From positions 16,678,001 to 16,742,000 of the forward strand of contig OZ076417.1 of assembly GCA_964187785.1 (NCBI GenBank): a stretch of 64,000 nt of DNA, given 5' to 3'. This document shows, piece after piece, positions 46,074 through 61,513 of the stretch (within the stretch, counting starts at the first letter, position 1; the number at the start of each line of letters is the position of its first letter). This DNA is from Amphiscolops sp. MND2022 (Eukaryota). The translations under genes were made by a program, and so were the position numbers. The notes under the pieces are model-generated. The model had not been told where the DNA came from. It was given only the letters and a program-made list of their open reading frames with translations, and made no database searches.

Positions 46074-48990
46074 ATGGCTACTACGCCTCCTCTTCTTATT
46101 ACTCTCCCATTTGCAGTTGATCCCACCCGCTCTCGTCTTTCTCGCGAAAACACCCACATTTCAACAACATTCCTTAAAAATCTTTTCTATAGATCCACTG
46201 TTCCTCTTTCTTTTGAAACATTCCCTGAAGATATTTATACTATCCCTCTTATTCGTGGGTATTCATAATATCCCTCTTATCTCCCACTTTTATTACATTG
46301 ACACTCATTCTCTAACTTCTACTCCTGATGACCCTTCTTTCTCTCTACCTTTCACCTCTCCTTTCCACGCTACTAATATCTTTCGTAACAACATTTACCC
46401 GTCCAATATCTACATTCCGATCGCTCATGTCTTCACAACTTTTCTCAAAAACTTCTCGGAGAAGAATATTCTCCTACTTCAACATTTTTTCACTCCTCCA
46501 CCCCTCAGCTATACAAACACTCCTTACAAAGGAAACTTATTTTGAACTCCCCAGTATTGAACATCTTCGTACTGTTGAAAAAAATCTCCATCATTGGCTT
46601 GTTACAGATATTCTTCAAATGCACCACATTCAATATCAATTCTTTCAAAATTTAACCTTAAATACTCACACTAAAGAACAAATTCGAATATACACCTTGT
46701 TTCTTAGACTTTTTTTAGATATAACTACCAACTCTTTTGGGACTCTAAGTTCCAATCAAGACGCTTGTACTAATTTTCTTTCTCAAATTTCTAAAGATGA
46801 ACTCCTTCCTTTTGTTGCAGCTCCGCTAATCAACACCCTTCCTTCTATGACCTCCGTGATTTCCCAGTCACTCATTTTGAATTCCTCACTTATGATACTC
46901 AAAGTATCAACAAACGGCTTGAACTTCCTTCTCCTGTCAGACCATATAATACATATCTCCCTCAAACGTTTGCTTCAAATACCACTTCTGAGGTTTCACT
47001 CCAAACTATCTCTCCTGCTTCTAGTGTGTTAGTAAACAACACACACTCTATTGGTTATCCTCCTCCAAATCTTGACCCACCTCCTTCACCTCCTATGAAT
47101 TCTATTCCTCTTTCTAATAATCTTATCACTACTCAGACCACCAATTCTCATTCTCCACTCCAGTATAATTCTCCTTCAAACACTCCACCACCAACGGTTA
47201 ACAATACAATCATTATTCAACCAACCACTTCTCAAATACACCGATCCTTTCCTCCAATTCCTATTTCCTTCCCCTCTGTAATAACTACTCAACCTCAATC
47301 TCACTCTTCTAATACATCTCTTCCGCCAACGCTTTCCTCTAATCAAAACCACCCGTTTCCCTTGCCTACTTCTCAGAATCCTCCTCAAACATCTAATTTA
47401 CCTCCTGCCTCCACATCCTATGACCCTTATGCATCACTCAATCCCAGCTTTCATCATTCACTTAAGTCTTCCTTTCAACCTCCTAACCTTCCTCCTAACC
47501 CTTTTCCCACCGCCTTACACCCCCACTAATCCTTTTCATACTCTCACTTCTCAATCTCCTCCTCTAGGTTTACAAATGGCTCCTTGTGCCGCTCTCTCCA
47601 ATCCTATTACACTTTTTGATAGCTTGGACCATACGTATCCTCCTGGAAAGTTCTTAGCTCATCTTAGCGCACGTGTAATATTTAAACTTGGAACTTTACC
47701 CCTTGACATCCAATCGTATTCAACCTGGCACTCCAGACGTATGTCTCTCCTTTATTGTTCCCTCACAGGAACTGCCTCTAATTAGTCTGACCGCCTTCCT
47801 CAAGGTTATAAAAACGATTGGTCTTCTTTCCTCTAAATTTTCAGAAAACAATTCTCTTGAAAATGTTTGACACTATGCTTTAAAAGTTGAAACTCTTGTC
47901 AATCAAGTATGGGACAATGAATAGCCATCCACCATAAACATTAAATGTAAAGAAATTTTTACTCGTGTTTTTCCAAAAAGATTTTGCCAATAAATGCCAA
48001 GTTAAACATATTTCAAGTTCCCCTCGAACCTTCAATTCCCTTTCACTCTCTTGTCAAAATGGTTGATTCCGATGATATTACACTCGAAAAGATGAAACCA
48101 CAACAACTTTCTTTCAAAATAAACACTCTTTCCGATACCTTTAACCAAAATACCTCTATTTCCGATAAACTTTCTGAAACTTTACAAATACAAGCTGTAG
48201 ACCCTAATGATACATCTAAACCCCACTTTGAAAAATATTGCTCCTTTTGTTAAAAAAAAACAATCATTCTTTCTCAACATGTTATCGAAGAATCAATATG
48301 TTGAAAGAATCTGAACCTCAATCCAAATCGCTCACGCCATCCTTCAACAACATTTTAAAACACCCTTCAATAAATATGACAATCAAACTCTTCGTTACCG
48401 CAGTCGTAGCAATAGTAATCTCACGAGAACCTGGCTATAAATCTTGTTCTCATCTTCGTTCAAATTCTCGCCCAAGATAAAATCATAACCACTCTTCTCA
48501 AAACCACTCTCCATATTATGGTCGTAGTCGATCTAGATATGTCCAACATTACAAAAACTCCTCACGTTCATAATACTCTTCTCGCCCTTATAATAATTCA
48601 ACCTCATCTCGTATTCCATATAAACCTTACCCTCGTTCTCGCGAACGCTCCTTCGGCTATAACAATTCCTCTATTAGACGCTATAAATCACCATACCGCT
48701 CTCCTTCTAAACCACGTTCCGATCGCTATTGAAGTTGATCTCACTCTTACTCAAGGAGTTATTCAAATTCCCAATATAAACAAACTATCAAACTTACTCA
48801 ACAACCAGTTCGCAATAATCATCACTCTTGCTCAACAGAACCTAAATTTGAAACAAATATGTATCATCCAAATACCTCCTCATGTTAAAGATGAAATAAT
48901 CAAGCTAACGCTCTCACTCGTTCTACTTGGTTCGTCAACCTGTACAATTGTGAACAACCTGAAGAAACTTCTTCACCTTCAAAACTAAAA
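46074..48990 (+). pseudogene. gag: Element 3 gag-like region, fragmented
   Basis: HIQYQFFQNLTLN; FDSLDHTYPPGKFLAHLSARV; LTGTASN; LEPSIPFHSLVK; KYCSFC...NHSFSTC; RS-rich tail. All parallel element 2. Confidence 0.8.
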
Positions 48991-51900
48991 TTTTTATTCC
49001 TGCTAGATAGCAGCGGTTCTATATGGGTTTGAATCTTCCCACTTTCACAATCTTAGCTGATCATTTTCTCAAATGTTCAAAACCAACCCCTCAAAATGAT
49101 GAAATTAAAACTTCTACAGTAGCTAATAAAGCTGAAGTTCCTATTTTATTTCATGGAAGTACTCGAACTATTGTCATTCCATTAACAGTTGCAAATATTA
49201 AATAAATTATTCTTGGAACTCCTATCTTTGAAAAATATGTTGAAACTCTTGATATTGAACATAAGTCTCTCACATTTAATACACCTCATGAATCTCGCGT
49301 AAACACTCTTCCTTTTACAGCCCATAAAGAAAACAACTAAACTTACTTTTCCAACATCTATACCACTAAGGTTAAACAAAAAAAAACATATTTCAAGTCA
49401 AACACCTCTCAAGTCATTCATTTTCCAATTCAACCTTGCCTTCCTTTAACCTTTCACACCTCTGAAAATGAGATCATTTTACCATAAACCCCACATCTAT
49501 ATTTTAAAACGCGCTTCAACTCTATGTTTAATTTCCTCCAAGTTTCAAAACTATAAAACCGAACCTAAAAATTGTTCTGTCAAATTTCAAAATATTACTC
49601 ATCACTGGGTACTACTCACCAGGATACATTGACTATATTCAAGTCCCTGCAACTAATATTGAACCACCACACTAAAAAGTTATTGATGTCAACCCTTTGA
49701 TACACGCCATATTTCATACATACTATCCTGACTTTTTCGAACCGAAACCTCCTGTTCGTCGTTCTTTACCCACTTCCATCTTTACCACAATCTCCAGATA
49801 TTCAACACTTTCTCAAAAAGATCAAATTCCAATACTCTGATGTCACTGATGACGAATATTTAAAACTTTGCTCCATTTCGGTTAAATATCAACTTTGTTA
49901 TGCTACTCATCGTAATGATTTTGGTAAAATCGCCACTGCTTTCCGAATTCGCCTCAAACCAAATGCCAAACTTCAAACTCAACTACCCACTAAAGTCCCA
50001 ATCCATTATAGATATAAACTTAAGAAATTACTCGATGAACTCGAACACCATGATATCATTAGACAAACTAGCTCCACCCATTCTGACAAGTCCGTTTATG
50101 GTACCACATTTTCAATCCTCTCAATATTATCCCCAAAGGACATACAATCAAAACAGTTCTTGATGCTCGACATTTAAACTCTAACAATGATCAATCCTTT
50201 TCAATCTTGGCATATCGAACCTCTAGCTCCTCAACTTGCTCTTGCAAATGAAAAATTCAAATCCACAATTGACCTCATGAATACCTTTTCACATGCTCCT
50301 TTAGATGAAGAAACCATCTCTCTAACCAGTTTCTCCTCTGGAGATAAACTCTATGCTTTCATTCGAGGATTCTATGGTATAATTTTTCCGAAAATTCATT
50401 AATCAAGGCTTTGCACTTGTTTATATCGATGATATTCCTCTTCTTGCTCACACCAAAACTCATATAATAGAATTAATTGAACAATTACACCAGATCTGTT
50501 GCTCCAATAATCTCAAAATAGCTCCTGAAAAACTATTTTATATTCTCCTAACTGTCAAAATTCTTGGACATGAAATTGGCAAAAATACTATTAAACCAAT
50601 TTCATCCAAAGTTGACGGTATCCAACAAAATGAAAATTCCTCTTCTGAAACAGAACTAATGCGGTTCATTGGAACAATGAACTTTTACTCTAAATTTATG
50701 AATAAACTCCACATCTCTCTTTAATCTTTTCATATTCTCCTTCATGGCGATATTCCCTCTAAATGGACTCCGGAATTAGACAAACTCTTTAATGACATTA
50801 AAATTTCCCGTTCAAAAGATGCTGAACTGGCAAGTCCTAATACCACATATCCATTTTATATTACAGTTGACGCTTCCATTTTTGGTTTAGGTGCAATAAT
50901 ATTTCAACCCAACACCGGTAACAAAATGCAAGTTATATCTTATAATCCTCGCATTTTAACCACCCAAGAACAGAAACTCTCAATATATGACAAAGAACGA
51001 ACTTTATGCTATAACTTTTGCTCTCTTACAAAATGAATTTCTTATTATTGGCACTAAATATCCAATCAGTGACTTTACAGGTCACAATCCTATTCTTTTC
51101 CTCTTTACGCGTAAAAGAAATTTAACCCCAAGGCAGTATAAAACCCAAATGAAGTTAACCAAAATCTCTAACCTCCAAACTGTCCGCAGAGCTGGAACAA
51201 ATCTAACTGTTGCTGATATGCTCAGTCGATACAATTCTCAAATTAGAAATAAAATATGTCATTTACAACACAAAATTCTTCCTGCTCATTTTGACTTTAT
51301 TCAACTCAAACCCAATATTTCATTAAAACAAATCCACTACCTTGTTAAACATGAAGATGTCTTACCCACTCAAAAAATGATTCCCATCCAATCTTAGTTA
51401 ATTATGGTGATGATCAGTTTACACTCCGTATTTTAGACAAAGGTAACACTGTTACTTATACTCCTCTAGACTCATTCTCCTTTACATCTGTTTCATCCTT
51501 TACAGCTTCTTAGAAGTACAAAAAACCCGTAAAGAATAAAATTAAAACACTACAAAAAAATCCTCTTCTAAATGAAACTGAGTCATATGAAGATGATGAT
51601 CCCGTTTCTAAAAGAATTCCTCAACAAAAATCACAACAACCGCAATCACCCCATGTTATCCACTCTCTCCTGGCTGAAATCCAACACCACCATTTCGACG
51701 GGTTTCAACTCTCTCATGATATTCTAATTAATATCGAAAGCACTCAAACTCCAAAATCGATATTGACTCCCCTTTCTTTACTGAAATCTCTCATTCTAAT
51801 GCTGTAATCTAAACCCCTTTTAAGTCTACATCTACAAATTCACAACCATTTTTTGATCCTTCCTTCTTTGCTCACTGTAAAACTTTTGGAAATGTCTTTC

Positions 51901-53500
51901 TTTCCTCTGACACCTTTTTGGCCATACCCAATCTCCTTCAAGCTGAAAAGGATGATGATGTCCTTTCCACTGTATATACATGACTCAAACAAAAACAAAG
52001 ACCTCCTCTTGTAACCCCAGATAATAAAACTAAATCTTTCCTCTACACTTATTGTAAACAGTTTCAACATTGATACATTGACCCAACTTCACACCTCATT
52101 CAATATTACACTCCACCTCATTCAATATTACACTCCAAATTCTCGTATTTCAAAGAAATCTTTATCAACACTCAACCCTCTCTTAACCAAACTCAGATCT
52201 GTTTACCATACAAACTCTTTTATGCTGCTTTTCACAAAATTCATTCACATGGTCACTCTGGTGAAAAACACTCTATTAAAACTTTTAACCAATGTTACTA
52301 TATTGCGCACCTACCTTTATGGTTTTCTATTTTCATTCATGATTGTAATGAATGTCAAACACACAAACACTTTCCTATTGAACCTAAAAACATCTTCCCT
52401 CCACTACATTTTTACGAACAAGCAACTCACTTTAATTACAGAAATTCCATGGACACTAAAGGACCTATTTCTCCCACGTCTCAAGGAAATTCTTACATTT
52501 CTGTCATAATTGACGCTTTGGGTAATTTTGTTGTCAATTATCCTGCTCCTCAAATCTCCTCTAAATATGTTGTTCAAACATTTCTAAATCATTGGAATAC
52601 AAAATTTGGCCCACTGCAAAAACTCGTCGCTGATCGAGGTACTGAATAAGTTAACCAAGATATGACTCACCTTTCTTCTCTATTTATTATTAATGATTCT
52701 CCACGAAGTGCATACTCCCCTTGGACAAATGGCTCAGTCAAAGTTCAAAATCGAAATCTTGGCACTCACCTCAGTCTTTTCTTGCCAAATCTTCCAGATA
52801 ATTGGTCAGTTCAAACTCAAATGTATGCTTATGATCATAATACCACTCCTCTATCTCAACTTAAGCTTTCTCCACATCAGTTTTTTTTCATACTCATCCT
52901 CGTATTCCCCTAATTTTTTCTCTTAATCGCACACGTGACTCTTCTAAATCCTGTATCGCAACATATTGCTAATCTCTTCCTCATACACATTATAGTGATC
53001 AAGACCTCAACCCTTTTTATCACTCACTCATAACCAAACCTATTTCCCCATGGCTCCTCTCCGCTGAGCATGCGATGCTAGAAGTTTACTCTACTGTTCA
53101 TCGCCATATTACAAACAAATAAACCTCACAAAAATCTCTACCTTTGAAACAGTACAATTAAAACAACTCCATCTTAACAACTTTGTTATACACACTAATT
53201 TGAAACCTGTTAAATTCTCTCATAAAGTCAAACCCCTTCGTTTGGGTCCCTACAGCACCTCTCTGATGTCACTTATGAACTTATGGCCCAAGATGGTTCC
53301 ATATTTCACTCTCAACAAAATCACAATTTACCATATTATCCCAAAGAACCTCTTATTTTTAAAAATCTCCGTCAATATCATTCAACACCCTTTCTTCTCA
53401 ATAACCCTGATACTGAATCGTATCAAGAGATTCATTCTAAATCTCCTCGCTCTGATGATAATAATCCCTTTGAACAATTACAATCGCACACTTCTATAAA
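48990..53500 (+). pseudogene. pol: Element 3 pol (PR-RT-RH-IN), fragmented
   Basis: Degenerate PR LLDSSG (~49000); RT SLTSFSSGDKLYAFIRGFYG and VYIDDI (~50420); RH ITVDAS, ADMLSR; IN HSHGH...CNECQ, MDTKGP, VADRGTE. Confidence 0.9.
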
Positions 53501-55611
53501 ACCCATTAATTTCTCCGAACCTTATGCTCATCTTCCTCCTACATACCAAAACTTTCCTCATTCTCTTCTTTCACACGATCAATTTGATGATTTCTCAAAC
53601 TCTACTGACTCCGAAATGCTCTCAAACTCCATAATCCTATATATCATTCCACTTCCTTTTCACAAACATTCCCTCGTATTGCTGACTCGCCTTAATGTCT
53701 ACCTAAACCTTCCTCCGATACTCAAACTTCACCCACTCATATTCGAGCTCCCCATTTTTCGTATAATTTACGCTCACTTATTTCTAAAGGCTACATCACT
53801 TCGAAAACTGTTACTAGTTTCCCACCTTGAATAATGCTTCATTTCGTTAACTGGATCATTTGTCAAACCTGTCATTGTATCCCGTCTACTCATTGACCCG
53901 TCTTTGTCTTCTGCCTAGTCACCTAATTAGGCTTGACGTTTGACACCTCTAATTGCCTTAGCCATTTTTTCACGTCCTTTCTGTTGATTTTGCTCTACAA
54001 TTTTTAATTGAACAGTTAATACACACAATAATAGTAAGTGTTCATCTTTTGCATTGACTCTCTCTTTTTCTCTAAACACACCTCTCTTCGCCTACCATCT
54101 TGATCATCATTTCTCCCAGATTTTTCTCCTGCCCTGTTTCCATCCTGGATTCTTCTGTCACTCCATCTTCTAGTTCTATGAACTCAAGCTCCTCTGCTTC
54201 CTCTTCGCTTTCTTCCGATACCATTAACTCTTCTCGAATTCCTTCTCTAATAATAAATCATCCTCCTTTATTTCCAATCCCTATCACTCCTTCCTTTAAC
54301 ACTACCCCCACTCATACATCCCAAATTCAAGCTCCTACTCAAACTCCACAAACCAGTCCTATTGCTTTCCGAACTCAAAAATCTTTAACTATTACTATTT
54401 CTGATACTGAAATTCCATTAGATCCATTCGTTGTCACTCCAACTCACCCTCCACCTGCTACTTCTCGTCATACACCTGATCCCAGTGATATTGACCCTAT
54501 ACTCCTTCGCAATATTAACAAACCTCGTACTCGTAAAAACCTCCTATTCCTACCTCCATCAAAGACCGCCGTAGGGACTCTCCATTTGATCCTTCTCTCC
54601 CGCTTCCTCAACCTTGCTCCCGCTCTCAACCTGGACATTCTCTTCCCTCTCCTAAACTTTTACAAATCCCTGTTCTTGAATCTATCGAAATCCTCAGTGA
54701 ATAATTTTCTTTGAGTGACGTTGATTCTACTACCTTTTCTTTTTTCTATCCTCGAATTCCTCCTTCCAATTCAGCCTCTAAACACACCACTTCTTCCATA
54801 GATGATCTCTTGGATTCCACCACCGAGTCTACTACCCGTAGACAACCTCGTCATAGAAATAGTCTGTGCAATAACCCTCTTTTTCCTCTTTCCCCCTCTC
54901 ATTCTTTTGCAAGCACTAATTTGTCTTTACTAAGACACCACGTCTCTCTCCTCTAAGAACAATTTTCCCACCTCTGATGTTGACGATGCCTTTTCCCAAC
55001 GATCTTCATTTTCTTCTTTCAGTCATACTGGTCCTCTCTTTTCTCGACCCACTTCTCAAAATACCAGTGTTCTTTCTTCGAGGTCTCATCTCCAAAATTA
55101 ACCTCAGCACTGATCAATACTCTACTCCCCCTACCACTAGTTGTGTTGACTATCATCTGTTTGCTAAAAGTACTCTTGTCACTAAATCTAGTCAAGATCC
55201 CCGATTTTTATACATTGCCACTCATAAACTAAACTCTACTACCTATTTTTCTGACTAACGTCCTCGAAAAGAATTTCACTGATTGGACACTACAAACTTT
55301 GAAATCAAAATTGAAATCATTTCTAAATTCCATAATTCAAGTCCTCATCCTATTCCTTCTCATACTACTGGTACTTTTAACCCTACCCCTCACCCTTTTG
55401 TTGCCACTAATCTTAATGCTTTTAAGGGATCATCCTCCGTTCCGTCTTCTTCACGGATGCATTACTTTCTCAAACACACTCACCTTCCTCCAATATACTG
55501 CTCAGTTTTAGTTTCCTCTCATGACTTCCTCTTTCAACCTCTCAGTCTTTTTCCTTTTTCTCCTCCTCAAATGATTTTCCCCTTAATCTCTGATTTGACC
55601 CTTCTACTGAT

Positions 55612-57700
55612 ATGGTAGAACCTAATCATCCTCATATCTCTGATCTCTTAGTATCTCACTATGATTGTTCTAAACAACACAACCTCTGTCAGTTTAGTTT
55701 AACCCGAGTACAACTTGTGCTCAAGAACTTTCAGCACTTGAAAGCACTCGTGCTAGTGCTAACGTTTTTAGTCGCCCTAAAGCTAAACGCATCAAAGTTC
55801 GGACTTTATGTTAGTTTATTGGACTCAATGAAGTTTATGTTAAACGCAAAAAAGTTTGTTCGTGCACTATCTGATTACAACAATCGCCGATATGATTGTT
55901 CTGATTACCACCAAAAAACTGTGGAACTCCCTCGTACTTTAGACTCCACGGATTGCAAAAATGCTATCCGTCATCTAAATGGTACTGACAACCCTCAACT
56001 CAATGCTTTGATTATAGCAACACTTTTAGGTTCTTTGATGATATCAACAAACAACGCTTTCTTCGAACAAAACAACCTCCTTTTAGAATAACTAAACTTA
56101 ACACAGTTCACTATGGTGCTTTTGCTTGGATAACTAACACCCAACTTGTTTTAAATTCCACTATTAAAGAAAAAGCTGTTCGTTGGGATCGCTATGAATA
56201 TATAATCGAAAAAGACTGTTGGCCTTCAATCGTTCGTGAAATTGAGTTAACATATGAAGATAAAGATAACAAATTATTCTATCATGGTCATACTTTACCT
56301 TGCTTCCATGACGATGGTTATTGCAAACCTACCATTTTAATTCCATTCACAATTTTTTGGTTCCCCGAAGATCTTTTTGTTTAATTTTCTTCATCCACTC
56401 CTTTAATGGACGTATGTCTAAATTGATTAATCGTTTTTGGCTTGAAAATGAACACTTCTTGAAAATGAACCATAACAAGTCTCATATTTTATCTGAAACT
56501 CCTTACCATGACTCTAAATTTCAAACTCGCCTGTCTCGATCTGAAACTTTCCCCGAAGGTAAAGTGTTATGCAATAAACCCACACCATTATATACAACTC
56601 TATATCTTGACCTCTTTATTTTATATGAAGAAGTATTCAACATGCATACTGGTAATCGCAATCCTCTTCAACTTCCTGAAGATGAACAATATACCAAGCT
56701 CTCTACTCAACTCAACTCTGGTAAACTCGTACACACTCAAAACCAACTCATTTTTCCTGCCCTAAACTCCTCTTAGAATTTCGCCACTATTGATTATTAA
56801 GCTCATATAAACCACAAAATTGATTATTCTATTAATCACGTTTTTAAAACCATGTCCATTGCTGAATTGAATACTATTCACACTATTTGTGAAGTTGAAA
56901 GAACCCAACTTTTAACTATTCTCGCCATGTCCGGTAAAAATCCAAATCTTGCTGGTTTTCTCCTTATCCAAAATTGTAGTAATTTTCTATTTGTTTAGAG
57001 TTCTACTGCCTGGATCTATGATTGCCCTCGCCACCTTTCTCCTTTATATATAGCTGAACAATGTTATGATAAAATCCCCGTCTCTTATCTTGACACTGTT
57101 ATGTATGTTGACACAATTACACGTCAAACATTTATTCATGCAAATCAAATTCAATGTGAAAATATCCCACAAAATGTTATTGCTCTCGACTCTGATACTG
57201 ATCAATATTATGTCAAAACTCCACACTCTATTAAAAAAAGGCCCTCTTCTATTATTTGATCCAACTCAAATTCAAACTGCTATTAGCCCAAACACCTTTA
57301 CTGTCCAAGATGCAGGTATTTATTCTCAAAAAAACTCAAACCTTTTTGGAATCGAGTTTTATTTACAAACTACTTCGACAATACTCTAATACTTTCAGGT
57401 AAAGCTATTAGTTATGAATTTATGAGTAAGCAATCATCTGAATTTTTTCCAAATAATCCTTATAAATCACTCCGATTTGGTCTTCATGAATATAGGTTAC
57501 ACTTGACTCCTTTTCTTCTCTTGAATGGTTCACCGATGCTTTCATTAAACTTTTTTACTACTCATGCTATATTTTAACTCATTGTGAAATATAGTTTTCC
57601 ACTGCTCTTATCTTTCAGTTCGCTTTCAACGCACTCCTTAGAAATTATCGCTCCCTTACTGTTAAGAAAATTCCTAAAATACAAATCTTTCTTGTTTCTG
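55612..57700 (+). pseudogene. env: Element 3 env (class III fusogen-like), fragmented
   Basis: SHYDCSKQHNLCQFSLTRV; VRAKAK..KV; DCKNAIRHLNGT; LPCFHDDGYCKPT; AWIYDCP; CYDKIPVSY; hydrophobic TM-like segment near 57530-57640. Colinear with element 2 env. Confidence 0.7.
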
Positions 57701-58569
57701 CTTTTGGTTGAGGTTTTTTTGGAACTGTAACCAAAACAATGATGACTGCTTTGATTAAGTCACCTGATTCTAACTCCGCCTCTGATGATTCTGAGCCTCC
57801 GTCCCTTTCATACCATAAAACTAAAACCAAAAATACAAAAGCTCATAAATACAAACCTAACAACAAATCTAATATTTTAAAATCTTGAGAATAAAGATTC
57901 CATGCAAACCTCTCCAAAAGTCATCTCCTAAAAAATCCTCCTTCCTTAATTTTTCATCACCAAATCCTCTTATTATCACTCCTCCTTTACAATTTGTTGA
58001 CAATACTTCACCTCCTCCTCCTAAGTTTAATTAATATACTAATCCACCTAATAATTTTTCACCTCGACACACCCAATTAACATCTTTGTCTTCTCCTTCT
58101 TATCACATAACTCCACACCTCCTGAAGATACCAATATTGACAACTCCTCTAATAATTCCCCCGTCCACAATGTACGGCAATCAACTGAAGTTTTTCCTCC
58201 TATTCCACCACTTATGAAATTTAATGACATTCCAATAATCTCTGTGGCTTTTTTCTGAATCATTGTAACCCAAAGAATTTCCTCCTTTCTCTTCTTTCAC
58301 CCATCAATAATTCTCCTTTTCTTCTCATCGCAGTCGCTAATTCTGAATATCTACTTTTGTTTCTACAAAGCATTTTTCACTCACCCATCAAAAATTTTTC
58401 TCCAATCACTTTGTCTTGCTGCATCTGTAATCTCTTCATTGCATACTTTCTACATTTCACGCCACTTTCCAAAAACAACGCACATTTTTACTCTGTAAGA
58501 AATCTTTGCCTCTTAGACATCTCTATTTCGCATACTCACATTCATATTTTAATATCATTTTTCAGAATG

Positions 58570-61130
58570 TCTTCCTCAGTTTGTGAAGAAATACTCTTCT
58601 CTAGTATTGCTTCACTATCTCCTCTGTTGTCTTTTACATCTGGTACTCTTGAACTCCCTCATTCTTCTGACCCGATCAATATCGAAGTCATCACAACTCC
58701 TGAACCCACCAATGAAATTAAACCTTCCTCTTCCAATACTTCAATTGTAAATAATAATCAACCCACCTCCTCTTCTCTTAAAACTCGTCACGCACCTACT
58801 CCTCCACCTAATCTCCTCCAAATCACTATTGACAATACCACGTATACCGTTCCCACCAAGAAAAAATATAATATACTCGGAGATCCTGTTTTCAATGAAT
58901 CTGGTATTCTCCCTCCTACTTCAAATCCACAAAAAATCCTTCTGAATCCAATACAATGACAGACGAATTTCTTCGCATTCACCCTCATAATAAAGCAAAT
59001 CTTCCTTCTCTTTATTCGACTTCAACCACTTATAAATTTCGATTCCCCCAAGATCGAAACTTTTATCACTATGTTGCATATGCCTCCAAAAATTTTGGAC
59101 AACTCTCTTTCTGGCAAAATAAACGTCTTCGTTTCTTCCAATTCCAATTTAATCTTCTCAAACCTACACAGCATGATTTTAACACTATTGCCAACGATAT
59201 TAGCACTGCTCCTTCTGTCAAAAAACTTCACTACCAAACCTATAAACTTTTTCTTGTACAAAAACCACCCAAATTTTCATAATTCAAAATCACAAATTCA
59301 CCCTCCATTATTGTATCATTCTCATTATTCTTTAAATCACCTCTTTACTATTAATACAACCCGTACCTACAATCCAATCAAACCATATTACATCCTTTCT
59401 CCTTATCACGACCCCACTCGCTTTTTTTGTTCCCCAGGAGTGAAGCTCTCAATCTCAATGATGATTTTTTTACCTACACAGATACCCAATAATGTCTCGA
59501 AATGTTTCCCCAAAATGTGTAAAATAGTCGAAACTCCCCTTGATCATCTTTCTCGCTCTCTTTACACATCACTTGGGTCTAAACATCACTCTATTGCCCA
59601 TCTAAATTATATTACGGCTAAACTCTCTTCCTTCATTCTCAATAAACAATATAAGTATTTCCCCTCCACGCAAAATATAACTGAAAAAATTCAAAATGCT
59701 CTTCCAAAACACATCCCTTCTTCTACTGATTTTTCAAATGCTCCTCCTACTGCTATAGTACCACCGATTCCCTCATACTATGTTCTTCAAACTGTCAACA
59801 CAAATGTTTGCATCAACTCCTTCTCTTGACACTGACAAAATTTTAACTGAAATCCTGAACCTCCTTCGCCCACATATTGAACCTTCCCTTAATACTGATC
59901 CTTTTGTCATCCTCAATCATATTTTTCACACCTACCGCACTCTTCAAAATCTCTTACACCTCCATAATAATGATATTCAATTTCTCACTCTTTCTTCTAT
60001 TCATGTCACTGATTACCTTAAAAAACTTGTTCTTCTCCAACTTCATACATTTAATGTCTCTTCTTAATTCATCCTAATTCTCCTCTCGCCTTCAAAGTTA
60101 TACCTTTCCTTTCTCACTCATCCACCTTTGGTATATTTACGAAAAATTCTTTTCGTCTCCACTCACAATTTTTTTCACTTTCAAAAACTTTTTCCTTCTA
60201 ATTCATTTTCAGAGCTCTTTTTTTCTTCCAATTTCTTGTTTCATTCATTTTCTCCTTGTTTCAAATTTCAAGTTTATCATTTCTTTTATTGTCTCACTGA
60301 CAAGCCCCAATAAGACCTCGCATAAATGTCGCAATGACACTTATTGATTGTTTTCTTTGTCTTATTATCACTTTTGACAAAAACCTCCACCTACTCGCTC
60401 TTACAAATGACACAGAATAGTACATCATTGAACTCTTCCCATCAAAAATGTCATCTTTTTCACGAAAAATTATCTTCCTATTTTCAAATGTTTCGATTTC
60501 AATCCAACTGAAAATCGTACGTGACACACTTGCTTCTTGGATACCTCTTTCTCATTCCAGTTTAATTCTATATGGTGTCGCTCAAAATAACTTTTCTCGA
60601 TCGCTTGTGATGTATGGAAGTCTATAAATCTTCCCAGCATTAGTGAAAAACTTCATCGAATTTTCTTTCTCGAAGCCAGTTTATGAAACATAAACAAAAA
60701 ACCTTTCCATCGAAAGTCTTCAGTTATAAATCACCCTTCATATATCAATCAATGCCTCCTCATTCAAAATTTTCAAAAACCCCACGGAAGATAAATGTTG
60801 AACAGAACTTCATAAAAATGAAATGACATAATCTTAAAATAACATGTAAAAAACTATAATTATTCTGATCCTTATACCTTTTAAACTTCACTTCAACTGT
60901 ATTGGAACATTAAAACCTATTTCCGTTCCTTTTAATTGGACTCAAGATGTAAATTGCATATCCGCCCAAAACTCACGTAAGGAAAGAATAATACATTTTG
61001 ATACCCTACAACTTGATGAAAAATTTGAACATAGACTCCTATTCTTACAACTTCTCTCAGTCCTGTACACCTTAAAACCAACTCTCGAAAACTATAAAAC
61101 CACCTCAACTGATTTAAACAAACCTCTAAC
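58570..61130 (+). pseudogene. Element 3 post-env ORF4 and ORF5 remnants (unknown function)
   Basis: ORF-track pieces 58357-58959, 58956-59282, 59071-59829 and 59780-60067 share short motifs with 21663-24904 of element 2. Confidence 0.6.
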
Positions 61131-61184
61131 CCAACTCTTGATAACCTACCTTGGTATAACATTTTTTTTCAAAACCCGGTCGGA

Positions 61185-61513
61185 TGATATGCTTGTAAAA
61201 TATATACGATCATTTACCTATAATATATATTCGATCATTCACCCTCCCCCCTCTTTGCTTGATGTCTAGATTAGATCTATGTAATCTGAACATTATTGTA
61301 ATCAAGCTAATTTGTATTCAATACTATACTCAATATTGTAAAGCATCAAACTGATTTAAATCCTGACACAACAACATTAACTCTTCACTATCAAGATGTC
61401 TTCCCATAAGACCTAATACTGCAGCTCGGTTAGCATCTCTTTGAAGTACTGTCCCGTTTGAAATAATCTATCTAAAATTTGATAACTTCCAACCACCCAA
61501 AACAAAAAGTAGT
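61185..61513 (+). repeat. Element 3 3' LTR (~329 bp)
   Basis: Aligns with 44529-44863. Confidence 0.88.

Larger units (their letters stand above)
44529..61513 (+). mobile_element. Element 3: older env-bearing Ty3/Gypsy element (~17 kb), related to element 2, heavily decayed
   Basis: Diverged LTRs 44529-44863 and 61185-61513 (roughly 85% by eye). Probable TSD TTAT at 44525-44528 and 61514-61517. Same gene order as element 2. Confidence 0.9.

Noticed and set aside
52092-52135. 22-bp tandem duplication cacctcattcaatattacactc in element 3 pol
   Set aside because: Ordinary slippage lesion in a decayed ORF.
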